Shown: positions 11,701 through 24,836 of the stretch, piece by piece
Position numbering within the stretch: the first letter of the stretch is position 1
Layout of the letters: each line of letters opens with the position of its first letter
From: Chrysomallon squamiferum
Lineage: Eukaryota > Animalia > Mollusca
Assembly: GCA_012295275.1 (NCBI GenBank)
Contig: CM022673.1
Location: forward strand, 7,688,001-7,752,000
DNA length: 64,000 nt
Direction: 5' to 3'
The notes under the pieces: generated by a model
Database searches by the model: none
Told to the model about the DNA's origin: nothing
Seen by the model: only the letters and a program-made list of their open reading frames with translations
Program-made: the position numbers and the translations under genes

Positions 11701-12302
11701 TTTTACGAGGTTTTCTTTTTCTTTCTCCACTATAATCACCTGATCCAGATTTTCTCTTTTGTCCAGAATAATCTTTCTTTACAGACATGTCATAAAAATA
11801 CTGAGCTGATTTTTCTTCTGGATTCTGCATTATACAAAAAAATAAAATAAAATAAAATAAAAAATAAATATATAAATAATTAATTAATAATTATAGTAAA
11901 AGAAAAAGTACAGCAGAGTACAGTCAGGATGTAGCAAAGCATGTATTGATATAACAAAGATTTCTAAAATTCTCTGTTTTTTAGCATGAAGCATGTGAAA
12001 AATCCATTATTATGAGATCTCTGTAGCACAGTAGCAATGGGTTTTACACCTCACATCATTATTTACAAGAATATATAATTTTTTATAAAGTACAACAGCC
12101 TTTGTATAGACAACAGATTAGTGGAGCTGGACCATATTAGAATTTAGTCTTAGAAGTTTTTGTTGCAAAAAGACAATACTTAAGATTTATAAATCAAAGT
12201 CATGATATGAATTTTTCTTTTTACAGGAGAGTTTTTCTAAAAGATGCGTTTCTGCTGAACCAGTTGCACTCCTTTGACTGAGAATCAGTCCTAATCCCAC
12301 TG

Positions 12303-12400
<98 letters not shown>

Positions 12401-12627
12401 GGACTGCTTACTTTGGAGCTAGATGTGTATGCAGAATTACTTGATGGTTGGTAAGGACATTCTGTGACATCAGATGGTTGTTTTACAAGCTCTGCTGCAT
12501 TCATCTTGGAAAGAGGGATAATGTTGAATGCATACAAGAACTGCAACAGTAAGTTTCAAAATGTTATATATAATGATGTAGAAAGAAACAATTTATTCAG
12601 AGTTCCCCTTCTGAAACATTTAAATAG

Positions 12628-12685
<58 letters not shown>

Positions 12686-15600
12686 TTTTAATGAAAAGTG
12701 AAACTTTCAAATGTAAGTTTGGATTCAATATTTAAAAAGTTTGAAAGAAGATTAATTAAAATATTTTACTCTTTTTTCAGTTAAATATCACTGAATTTGT
12801 CAATACATAAAGAATAGAAATGGTAATGGTTTATTATTACTATTATTATTTTTAAATGTTTATTTAGATGCAGTCTAAAGATTAGAAGTGACCACAAACC
12901 TTTTTCTTATCAGCATTTCCAACTTTGGCCAAACTTATAAAACGAGTGACATGACGAGCAGATTCAGCAAGAACTTTGTGATTTCTGGAAAAAACAAATA
13001 AATAACACTTGCTTTTCAACACCATATCACAAAAAACACACACACTAGCCTGGAAGGTTATTAATGTTGGATTAAGCTAATGCGAAAGACAAAAACAGTG
13101 AGCTATTTTTATTGATTTGCAGTAAAATAGCATTTAAACCAGGTTCTGTTTGTATTAGGAAACAGCCTAATCGACAAACAAGTGAGAATTGACCATGCCA
13201 CACAGTATACCTGAGACTAATGGCAGAATGAGACATGATGGCTACAAATACTTCAGATTCACTAAGTGTCATACATATGGGAATAAATTTACTGCATGAA
13301 AGTGTATATAAAAGATTCCTTGCATGGACCTTAAAAAAAAAATACCCTTGCTTGGCAGGCTTAGGTTTTCATCTAAGAAAATAATTAAGAAGTTCACATC
13401 ACAACTGATGCCTTTCAATTATTAATATACATAATTAAGCAAATGTTAATTAATTAATCTGGAATATTCTGTAGCACCTGTACGGACGTCTCTCATAATG
13501 TATTCCATTCAAGCCACAAAAATGATATCTGGGTCGAAGAACACGAGCAACCTCCGCCACAGCAGCCGATCTTGTCGTAGAATTATCTGCCCCCTCCTGA
13601 AAATGAATACGACAATATTTCTTCATCTTTCTTTTTAAATGGTACTTTTTAGTTACTATCAGACTGATTAAAACTGAAATGTTAAATCTCTTCAAAATAT
13701 TAATCTCAAAAAGAGATAGCTTATGTTGTACTTATTTAAAACACACAGTATAATGTTTAGTTCAGAAAGGAAACTTTAAAAGTTTTTTTTTATGATTTCA
13801 TAATAAGCTTGTAAAAGCTAATTCAGATATTAGTCTGAGAGTTCCATTGACTTTAAGAATGTCATAAAAGCACTGGAAGACAGATGAAAGACATTTCCCC
13901 TTACTGATCCTAATTTTATACAAAGAATGTATCTTAATGACATTTAATCTTTTAGTTTGATCTCACATTTATATATTAAAACCAAATATGAGAATTTTTT
14001 CTCTTTGTTTTGGTTGACAGTGAAGAATGATCGCTTACATTATCATCAGAATATTTTTCAACACCAACAGGCCATTGTGAAGTCAGTAAGATGTCCACTC
14101 CTTTAAACTTGCCGTCATCAATTACAGGTATTGTTAGAGAAGACACAGCCTCCATGTCAAATTCTGTTGGACCACAGGACGAACCAGAACTCTCCATTCC
14201 ACTGAGGTATGCAATTTGCAGACCTGAACTTCCTGTGAACATGCCTCGACTACCTGCACGTAATATAATAGATGATGAAAAAAAGAAAAAATAACTGAAT
14301 GTAAAACAGACCTAGTTAATGAATGAATTATCCAAAGCAAATAGGGAAGAAATGAGTAATTCTCAAGGTTAATATATAAAACATAGAAATCAGTTTATTT
14401 AAATGAATAATATATATTTTTCTCTTGTGCAAACAAGTATTTTATAATGTTATATAATTACTATTGATAAAAGAAAAGAAGTGAAAACAGTTAAATCAAC
14501 AGCAAAGTACTATACATATATATAATATTCCATATTTTTATTTTTCTATTTTCAAAGTGATCTCAAGTAATAAATAAAAATGACATTTCCTCAGTATGTT
14601 ACACCATTACTATTACTAAAGATTGTTGTCTACAACAAACAAAACAACTAGAAGTAAAGAGGATGTATTTAGATGTTAGTTCATAAACAATAGGAACATA
14701 TTATTATTATTTTAAATTATTCTTATTTCTTTTTAGCCATATTTATATTTTATTTAAAAAAAAATTTTTTTTTTAGTTTGACAACTATAACATTCTGCTC
14801 TAGGTTAAAAAATGTTTTGATGTATGATGATCTTAAATTCTGAATGAAATTTTTTTTTGCGACTTCTATTTCTAAGTTCTTATTAATTTAGTTTATCATC
14901 TTAGACAATGTGAAACCATTTTGTATCTTTTAAAATCTAAAATAATTCTTTAAAAAAAGTAGCTTACCAAGGTATGTAATATTTTCATATAATTCTGTGC
15001 CATCTTTTCCACTGTAGTATTTTGTATGTTCAGGTTTATTTGGTCCCAGGATCAGTGTGCAAACAGGTACTAATAAAGACAGATCAAAATAGATTATTTT
15101 TATTAATTAAAAACCAAACAACCATCCTCTCTCAACATACACACACACACACTATCTCTCTCCCCTATACTCTTTCTCTCTCTTCTTTAGGTAGTTATAA
15201 CAATTAATTATTTAGGAATTTTATTTATTTATAATTTATATATTAAATAATTAATTCTTCTTTCTTTCTTTTCCTTATTTTTATTAATTTTTAATAGAAT
15301 TAATTATATAAAAATAATTAGTTATTATTATCAAACCAAATTTTCACCTTTGATCTTTCCTGACAAGATGTCTTCCCATTCTTCATCATTGTTTCCAAAG
15401 AAGTCACCAACACAAAGCAGTAACTGGGATTATATATATATATATAAATAAACACACAGAGAAAATATATTAAAAATAAAATTTAGAAAAGGAAACTCAA
15501 AACACTGATTAAAAATAATATTTCTTAAACACTACAAGAAAATGTATATCAGCTGTTGTTGGAATATAAAAAAATATATTCGTTAACACTGTTAATACTA

Positions 15601-16540
15601 AAGATATAATAATGTTTATAAGTTTTAATGAATTGCCAAAAACTTATTTGTGATACTTTAAAAATAATTTAAGAGCTTCCTGAAATTATTATTATTACTA
15701 CTCTTATGTTTATTACTAGTTATCTCAAGAAATCTTCTAAACTTAGAAACATTATATTGATTACTGTATTTGAAGTTTAATAACATTCTAATTTAAAACT
15801 ATTTTTAAAGGAATTCCTTTCCATATTAGATGAACTGCTTCCTTCAGGTAAACAACATAATACAATTTTAAAAGCAACCGTGTCTGAAAGTAAAACTGCA
15901 AAACTATACTATATTTGTAAAACAAGCACAATTTATACCTAAATGTAAAAATATTATTACTCTTACATCAAAAGCTCCAGTTTTTCTTCTGTATGCTTGA
16001 TACTCTCTTGAACAATGTGCTGAACTGGCCATTAACATCGCCACTAACCAAGCTGAAAACAGTATTACTATCTAAAATAAGATTTAAGTACATTTTCTTT
16101 TAATCTGATATAATTTGATGTAAACTTAGTTGCATGTATTTCTTGGGATCTGTGTATGTATATAATATATAAATGTATATAATGTCCGATTCAGTGTATC
16201 TAGTAGTACTTGTATGTACATTCATATCAGACATATGTATTGTATGAAATAATAAACTAAAACTCCGTACTGTAGTGTATTTTAGAAATTAAAAATATCG
16301 AATAATCATATTTAAAATGAATGACATTTAATTATTAATTATTGTTGCTCTATCGTCTGAGACAGTCACTCTCTGACATTGGAGGCTCTTACTTCTGATT
16401 CTGAATATGAGTGACTAATTTTAAATTTACTAAAACTGTAATTTATATAAACATTTACATTATACTTATAGCTTCATGATTTAACAAATAAATAAATAAT
16501 ACTTATCCATAACATACATTTTTAAACTAGTCTGTTCCAT
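8310..16540 (-). CDS. CWF19L1: CWF19-like protein 1 (metallophosphoesterase-like N-terminus + CwfJ C-terminal domains), 15 exons; as assembled has a +1 frameshift in exon 2
   Basis: Exons 16518-16540, 15967-16052, 15348-15423, 14968-15069, 14039-14253, 13478-13596, 12900-12984, 12412-12540, 11707-11824, 11299-11378, 10387-10502, 9822-9915, 9185-9298, 8799-8896, 8310-8451. Motifs [83 protein letters not shown]. Confidence 0.95.
9916..10386 (-). other. U12-type (minor spliceosome) intron of CWF19L1
   Basis: 5' splice site ATATCCTTT at 10386-10378 and branch site TCCTTAAC at 9931-9924, 8 nt before the 3' end. Splicing restores [15 protein letters not shown]. Confidence 0.9.
10520..10720. repeat. 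~34-35 bp minisatellite in a CWF19L1 intron
   Basis: About 5-6 copies of aaatgaagcatttacaaattytatttaaaatta. Confidence 0.85.
12305..12397. repeat. (TG)n microsatellite
   Basis: Directly visible. Confidence 0.95.
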
Positions 16541-19500
16541 TTCTTCGTGGATTAATGAACTGTTACGTTAGGAAAACAAATGATTCCATTCACAAACTGA
16601 GAACCGTTTTCATAAATATGTCTATGGGCGCAGACATTACTACGCATCTGATGTGAATTCGACCACAGCCAAACGCACCAATTATTTTCTTGAAGACAGA
16701 TATAAAGTTTATACGACCGATTATTTTTGTACCGTTGTTTCAGAAAATAACTACGATAAACACTATACACATTCTTTTGTACCTAAAATCAACTCACGTA
16801 TTAATTGACTAAACTTTTATATTTATGTTTAGAATTTTTTTTTTTTTTTTTTTAAATACGATTCTACCATTACGGCATCTAAATAAAACGATCGTTTTCA
16901 AACTGTATATTAAAAGTGAACTTTGGAGTTGAATGTTATTAATTTAAAATATTAAAATAGTCTTAATACCGACTGAGGATTGCAACTGTACATGTAATAA
17001 AGAAGTATGTACTTGTTACTGTCTCTTAATCATTTCTGCTTTAAAATGTAACAGTCTATTAACACTGTTCATAATGTTTGTGCGCGTGCTTAAATTAACC
17101 GAGAAACATATACGTGTCGTATCACTTTCGTTGACAAAATATAACTATCATATTAAGATATCAAATTATTAATAAACAAAATAATTAAACAAATCCTTTA
17201 TAAAAACACTTTTAAAAATATATATATATAATAAATTAAGCCTAAAACCTATAATACAATTTTCATATTTTTATAAATATTAGAGAAGACATATGTCGTT
17301 TTATATATTATTACTGATTACTGAAAAGTAGGATTTAAGAACAAAATCCAGCTATAAATATATTCAGTATTAAGTACACTTACGTGAAAAAAGACAAAGA
17401 TTTTTTTATTTACGTTAGTGGTTTGGTTTCTATCTTAATTAAAAGTGGAATCAATAGCTTTGATGTTGTTACAAAGACTGAACACGATTCACGTCTAAGC
17501 CCCGCAGTTACACTTCAAACGGTGTTTACGGCCAAACTGGAAAACTATCACTATAAAAACTGGTTTACTTACGTATTAATTTACTATCCGTGTTTTGAAC
17601 ATTTTAAATATGACATAGCCAATATGTGAAAGTAGTTAACTGTTTATGATTTTTTTTTTTTTCCACAACCAAGCACGTACGGGAATGTACTCCTAGACGA
17701 TTCTTAATATTCGTCATATCCGTAGGAGTACGGTTCAGTGAGTGGGGGTGTAGGAGTGATATCTGCCTTGCAAAATTCGGGCAAAATACCGGGTGAAATG
17801 TACGAAAAGCAAGAAGAAACTGGTGCCTATATTTTTATCTGGGTGAAACGTCGGTGCAAATCAACCCCCCTGGCCCCTCACCTCTTAATCAAAGAGTCAT
17901 CGTAAGACCAGTATGTTCGTTGCTTTGGTATGTCCATACACTGATCGGTGTTGGATCAACGTGTTGTTATTAACAACAATCAACGATCAGGGGGGGCAAG
18001 TGTCCAATTAACGTGGGATATTACAGTCGCACTGCACTACCTGATCTTCAGATATAAAAACGACTTAATTTAATCCTCTACCTACTCACAACTATAAATC
18101 TCACCTAAGAATTGTTAAAACAACATTTTGGCATTGTGTACGCGTGCAGGAATTTCAAATATTCTTTGTCAAGAATATTCTCCATATTTAAAAAATGGGG
18201 TTAGTGAAAACGTAAATTTATTAATTTTCTTTTTATTACCAATCACATTTTCGCTTAATTTATAACAGAACCTTGAATTTTACATTCATAATAAAAATCA
18301 ATATTTCAGTGATAATAGCCACGAGGCAAGAACAAATTGTCCCAGTGTTTTGATCTAAAGTAAAGAATAAAAATTAATTATCTTTAAGGAAAGCCTCAAA
18401 GCACACTGATTAATTTTCAGTGATAGTTTGATGGATTTCAAAAGTTTGTTATTTCTGATAACACTGACAACAAAGGAAGCTCGCTGTTTGCATTCAGTAA
18501 CAACATTACGCATTTAGTTATTCCTTCTACTGAGCATATTATTATCTTTGATTATCAATATAAATCAAAAACTGTTGGCGAATTAATCAAATGGGTGTAG
18601 TTAAAAGGACGGTGCCAGTGACTCATCACGGCTCAGACAACGTTTTATCTCGGTGTTGTCATCCCTGAATTATAACCTGTTTTTAAATGATTACAAACAT
18701 TTGTCTTTCGCTGGGGTTTTATTCTTGACCAGATTCTGGTAGTAAAGATCGTTTGACGGAACCACTGAAAGAGCTTATTTCCTCAAATCACTGGAATACT
18801 TCGTGTATCAGTCTGTTTCTCGCCCTCCCTTTCTCTTTCTCATATATCTCTCTCTCTCTCTTTCTGTCTCACGCCCACATACGGGTATTCATATACATAC
18901 ACATACACAAAGAACATCAACTATGATTCACAAACAAGAGCCTGTTTAGAAGAATGAAGCAATTGATTTAATCAAATCGAGACGCAGTTTTAATTATAGA
19001 GATAAAATGTAGTGTTGTTTAAGGGAAGTGTATTTTGAAGTATTAAGAGCGATCAGCTTCTCAGAGATATTGTATTTGTCCTAATTAGGTCCTCACGGTA
19101 AATAATTTGGCTTTAAAGTGTTCAGATAACAGAGTTTTTATTTCTTTATTGTCGTCGACGTCGTGGTTATCGTTGTCATCGTCAACTACCGTATGTTTAA
19201 TTCTCTCAGTTACTTATTTCTAAAAAAAAAAATCGACGCCTGAATTATTTAATTACTATTAACTATTTCTTTATTAACATAATAAAAGATTATCTGGATA
19301 TATTGCTATGAGAAATAAATTTGATCTTTATCTGTCTTTTTATGTTTAATATTAATATAAACAAACAAATAAACAAGCAAACAAATATTTCTTCTTATTT
19401 TATTTGAGTTTAATGCTACGAAATTTTTGAAGGCATATTTTCAGCTAAAAAATATTTCCATAAAAAATTCAGCTAAAGGAACTGAAAAATAGCAATTCGC

Positions 19501-19752
19501 AATCCTCAATATAACAATAACACTAACAATATAACAGCGTTATTGTCCATTTTCGACCAAAAAAAAAAGACGATGATAAGACAACGTTTATTTATTGAAA
19601 TGAATACTGAATAAATTTATTGAATGGTTATTTGACTATACCACAACATATTCGATTATCAATGTCGATGTAGTGGTATTTTATTAAAATAAATAATTAA
19701 ATAAACAAGCATAATAAATAAATAAATAAATAAATAAAGGGGGAACAAACAA

Positions 19753-19807
<55 letters not shown>

Positions 19808-21292
19808 GGAGATTAATAATAATAATAAGATAAAATATTTAGAATCTTTCCTGTCTGACACGGAACATTTGTTTCAAACTGTTGCTATTTAATGAAGATA
19901 ATATCAAAACAATAATAAAAAAAAGTTGTTATGTATTTGTAAATAAATGACAATCATTCTTTGTAGCTTACTGTTTTTCAAAATCATTATTTCAATATTA
20001 CGTATGTTTATGAAACAGTGATTTCGCCTTGGCTAAAGTGGGATATATCACAAGATGGAAATTGTTTCTGTGACCAATCAAGCCGCACCTATCACCTCTC
20101 TGCTACAATTCATTGAAAACTCCAAAGAAAGAACGAAAGAAAGAAGATGATGGCAACGGTGACGATTATGATGACAGTGATGGTGACGACGATACGGAAA
20201 CAACAGCAAGTAAAGAGCTTTATTTCTTACTTTCTTGAAAAAAAAAAAAAAAAGCTATAATTTTTTATTATCTTTTTAGTACTTCCTTTGATAATGGACT
20301 TCTATTGATGAAATAATTATTTCTTTTTCTAATAACTTTACGAAATGCATTTGCGAGAGTAAAGAACAATACTGGGTAACAAGAATCCATTAGAATCCAT
20401 TTAAAACAAAAATTATAAAATATCGCTTAAAGTTCATTTAATAAGTTATTTATTCTGCATGTCAGGATTTCTGGTCAATCGACATTAATGGATTCAGAAA
20501 AAAGAAGACTTAATACATCATATTCAAATTGTCTCATTGTGGGGCGGACACACTACGCTGAGCAACACTGCACGAAAGAATCAAAGCTGTCTGACAGGGG
20601 AAAACAAATTTGGAACTCTGTTGTTAAGAATATTCGCTCATTCATTGTTTTTGGCGGTCTTTCTTTCTTTCTTTCAGTCTGTTTGCCTTTCCTTCTTTTT
20701 CGTTTGCATCGTCACAATACACTCTTTTCGAGACTTTTGGTTTAAATCTCGGTTTTCTTGAAAATCACAAAATTTTAACTTTCCGCCATTTCTTACTTGA
20801 AACCTCACCTCATAATTTATTCTAAGTCCCTTACCTCATAATTTATTCTAAGATCACGGCAACCCTCTATCAACTCACTTTCCATCACAGTAAGAGTACA
20901 TTTTACAATTGCACTTACGACATTCCTAAACTAACAAACCTCAACCAATCTAGCCTACATTTTTCTGCCATACATTCTTTTCTTTACATACACTCAATGA
21001 CATTTGTTTGTATCATTTTTGTATATTATTTTTACATTATTATATTACTGCATTACATAGCTGTTATGCTTATTAAAGTTAAAGCTTTGGGTAAATGTTA
21101 GGGTTAATATGTATATTCCCAGACTTGCATTTTCCGGACTGGTGTTTTCCTCCATTATTAGTTCGTAAAACCGAGGGACAACAGTACGTAACAGATTTAT
21201 AATAATTTGTTATATTGGTCATTGGTGATGAGGGTTGTAATACGTTCCAGTCATGCTAAAAGTTTCTCTTTTTCATCAGCAGCAAGTAATTT

Positions 21293-21458
21293 TTTTGCTC
21301 AGAGGCAATTTAGAATATATAGAATTGTACTGGTTTATTAAATGGCGGCGATGAAGTGCAATAAATATATATATATGATATATTTACATCGCCGCCATCT
21401 AATAAACCCAAAATAAACCAATACAATTCTATATATTCTAAGTTGCCTCTGAGCAAAA
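21293..21458. mobile_element. Foldback / MITE-like long inverted repeat
   Basis: Left arm ttttgctcagaggcaatttagaatatatagaattgtactggtttattaaatggcggcgatg pairs with right arm catcgccgccatctaataaacc...aatacaattctatatattctaagttgcctctgagcaaaa around a ~35 nt AT-rich loop. Confidence 0.75.
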
Positions 21459-22737
21459 GCCCTGCACTACACATACAAAAATTATATATATATATATAGA
21501 CACACACACAGACACACTTGGATTAACGACAAACTGAATGGCAGACTCAGTTAATAAGATGAAAGGAATTCTGAAATACAGAAATTTCTGTGTTTTACGA
21601 CATAAGAATATTGTCTACACAAAGTACATTCTCATTATAAGATTTTTGTAAATATTTTGCAAACATGTTATAATTTTTGTTAACGGCAGGTTATTATTTG
21701 AATTTGTAGTAACACATGCTATAGTATTGGTTGCCGTAACAGCATCAGTAGTAATGGACAAAACAAAGTTATTTTTAACAAAATGTTAACACGTTATTGC
21801 TGAATGAAATCATTATGTATTGAAAAACTATGCTAAAGATATTTTCACAAATAATGTTTATATCTGTAGTCTTCTATATCAGTTACATGACATAATGTTG
21901 TTGCAGCAATTTAAAATTTGTTTCCCACCCATTCATATCCGTAGACTCGTTTTCGTGATAAAAAAAGTCCAATATCTACCAATGAAATGAAAGCAGAATC
22001 AATATTTATGACACTCTGATATTACCACTGTAGCTGGCTGACAGATATTTAAACGTTAGGTTCAGCCCGAATTATCTTGTAAGTATAGATATTTAAAATA
22101 TAACTGCTCTTTGTACCTGTAATATAATTATTATTCACTTAAGGTTATACGTATTAATTATATTTTTATACACTGTATAAGTGATGTTAAAAACCTGTAT
22201 ATAACTAAATACAATACACAACAAATGTTTTTTTCTAAAATGATCTTTTTTACTGTTAAAATGTTCGGTAATTTAAAAATTTCTTCTAAAGACAAAAGAT
22301 CGGAATGCAGCAGTATTAGGTCTGTGAGGAGAGGCAGAGGCAGATATGAGAGCCAGTGTCACATTTGACTATAAACCAAGTTTAAAATGTTTACATATCA
22401 AAATTACATCATTGCAACTGTAGTGCAGTATTCTATTTGAAAACTAATATTTGCAACTTGAATGAAATTAATTGTCCAAGAGATCACAATATCATCAGAA
22501 AATAACCAAGAGGATATTTTTATTTAAATTTATAAAAAGACATATTGAACAATCAACACTGTCAGATAAACTGATGAAAATCAAAGTTACTTAACAATGA
22601 ATGTAACATCTGTCTTTAGTTAACCTCAAGCTATCAAAGGAAAGTTCAAATTGTTATTCCTAATTAATCTTGTTCAAGTTTAATATGATATGTTACCTTA
22701 TTTGTAGAAAAAGCGACCACTCAGAGACACTTTTACA

Positions 22738-23751
22738 ATGAACAACACGTCGATTAATTGTGACGTCATTTTGGCGAAATTCCCGCCACCTCCGCCGCCT
22801 GTGTTACCAGTTGTGAAATCTTTGTACTGTTTGCTTATTTTGACGTTCTCGCTGATAACGCTTATAGGAAATATTCTGGTAATTACTGCTGTTGCAATTT
22901 TTAAATCTCTGCAGAAACGTATTTATGCATTCGTCGTATCCATTGCTTGTGCAGACATTGGCGTTGCCGCTATTGTGATGCCTTTTCGACTGTATGAAGA
23001 ATGGAATGGAGCGTGGTACCTTGGAAATTGGTGGTGTTTGACGGTAAACATGTTGGACGGAATATTTTGCTCCGTGTCTATAGGCACTTTGTGCTGTCTA
23101 GCAGTTGAGAGATATCTGGCCGTCTGTAAACCATTTCTGTACACTAAGCTGACAGCATTTGTAACCATTCTTGTCATAGTTGCCTGTTGGAGCATTTCCG
23201 GCGTTCTTTGGTGTGTTTTGATATTCAAAGAATACAGCATCATTGGATTAGAGGATCTTGCATTTTGTGCTTCGTTTGGAGCTTGTCCTTTCGTTTTAAA
23301 TGTTACTTCTGCACTCGGCCTCAGCTTGTTAACGTTCTGGACGCCGTCTGCGATGATGCTGTTTTGTTACTGGAAGATACTTGCCACAGCAAACAGACAT
23401 CGTCGTGCCATACGAGAAACCATGATTTCGGACGAAGAGAAAAGGGCACACAATTCTTTCAGTAAGAAGACGAAGGCAGCAAAGACATTGGGAATTGTGA
23501 TTGGATGTTATTTTCTGTGTTGGCTACCATTTTTCGTTGTGCTTGCAGGTGACGTGGTAGAGAATTACCAGTGGCCCGTGCGTCTTAAAATATTTGTAAT
23601 GTGGCTTGGATATCTGAACTCCATGATGAACCCCTGTTTGTATTATATTTTTAGCGCAGAATTTAAAAAAGCTTTTAAAGTTATTTTACACTGTAAGAAA
23701 AACGCATTTCAAGACATGTCGATCTTCACTACAAATGTCGGTGACACTTAA
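22738..23751 (+). CDS. Class A biogenic-amine / trace-amine-receptor-like GPCR, copy A (337 aa, intronless CDS)
   Basis: Seven hydrophobic segments; GN (TM1), AxAD (TM2), VMPF, W..G..WC, Asp in TM3 (NMLDGIFC = D3.32), ERY, CWLPFF, WLGYLNSMMNPCLY. Splice acceptor ttatttgtag about 30 nt upstream of the ATG. Confidence 0.93.
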   Translation: MNNTSINCDVILAKFPPPPPPVLPVVKSLYCLLILTFSLITLIGNILVITAVAIFKSLQKRIYAFVVSIACADIGVAAIVMPFRLYEEWNGAWYLGNWWCLTVNMLDGIFCSVSIGTLCCLAVERYLAVCKPFLYTKLTAFVTILVIVACWSISGVLWCVLIFKEYSIIGLEDLAFCASFGACPFVLNVTSALGLSLLTFWTPSAMMLFCYWKILATANRHRRAIRETMISDEEKRAHNSFSKKTKAAKTLGIVIGCYFLCWLPFFVVLAGDVVENYQWPVRLKIFVMWLGYLNSMMNPCLYYIFSAEFKKAFKVILHCKKNAFQDMSIFTTNVGDT

Positions 23752-24312
23752 CGTGTTTTATTGTTTTCCTGCAATTAAACAATCAGTTGGTTCTGGTAAA
23801 ATGTTTTGATTTCAGTTCTTTGTAAATAATTTTGCTATTACAGTTACCTTTCGTTTGTACTATTTGTTAGTTATGTAATCGCAGTAATGTTACTGGTGGT
23901 GACAATTAATGTTGATGATGATATTTTTTTAATTAAGCATTTCTATTTTTTGTTTTTGTTTTTTATTATTCATTTTGATTTATAACGATGATGATGATGA
24001 TGTTGATGTATGTATGTATGCAAAACATGACTTTATAAATCAAAATAAACAATAGAAAAGATTAGCCAGATTGAAATTATGGGTGATATGTACTACTGTA
24101 ATACTTTATTATTAGGTAACGTTGTGAATTATTATAATAATGTTTCCAGATGTTAATTTCCAGACTGACTGTTTTGTAAGAAAAGCAGTCTAATAAAGAA
24201 AAGAAAAACTGACATTCTAACAAGCATAAAATATTACTAAATCTTGGTTTGTTATTACTTGCTTTTTTTGCAAAAGATATCAAAGCAACAACAACAACAA
24301 CAACAATAATAG

Positions 24313-24343
<31 letters not shown>

Positions 24344-24836
24344 TTCCGCATGTTAGTTTCCAGATAGTCTGTTTTATAACACAAGCAGTCCAAAATATGT
24401 ATTTTTAAAAATTATTTTTATATTTTAAAAGCATCAGATATTACAAAATGTTGTTTGTTATTACCTGTTTGTTTTGTTGTAAAACATATCAAAGTAATAA
24501 TAATAATAATAAGAAGAAGAAAAGAATATAAAAGACAAAAGCGATAAAAACAAAGAAACAAGAAAAATAAACACAATGACGTGTCAATTAGTAAATGTTT
24601 TTTATTTTCCTACCTAAAAGGGTGCCGCATGCTAAATGGCGCCACCTCATACATTTGAGATCTTCAAAACATGAAGAGAAAAATGTTAAAGTAATAAATA
24701 AAATCTGAAAATTATCGAGGATCTGATTAATAGTTCTTAATGTTATGGGATCAAACTGAAAAAGAACTGACAAACTAAATTTCCTCATACCACGAGCTAA
24801 GGTGGCGATATTAAAAGTCTCAGGGTGCTAAAAACC

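Noticed and set aside
12226-12299. AG/GT-bounded segment in a CWF19L1 intron as an extra coding exon
   Set aside because: Immediate stop in the required phase and a weak donor; neighbouring exons join correctly without it.
17660-17915. GC-richer patch resembling a hAT-type MITE remnant
   Set aside because: Termini too degraded to define TIRs or a target-site duplication.
22923-23243. Antisense 106-aa ORFs within both GPCR genes (also 29000-29320)
   Set aside because: Shadow ORFs of the sense CDS; conservation follows from the GPCR duplication.
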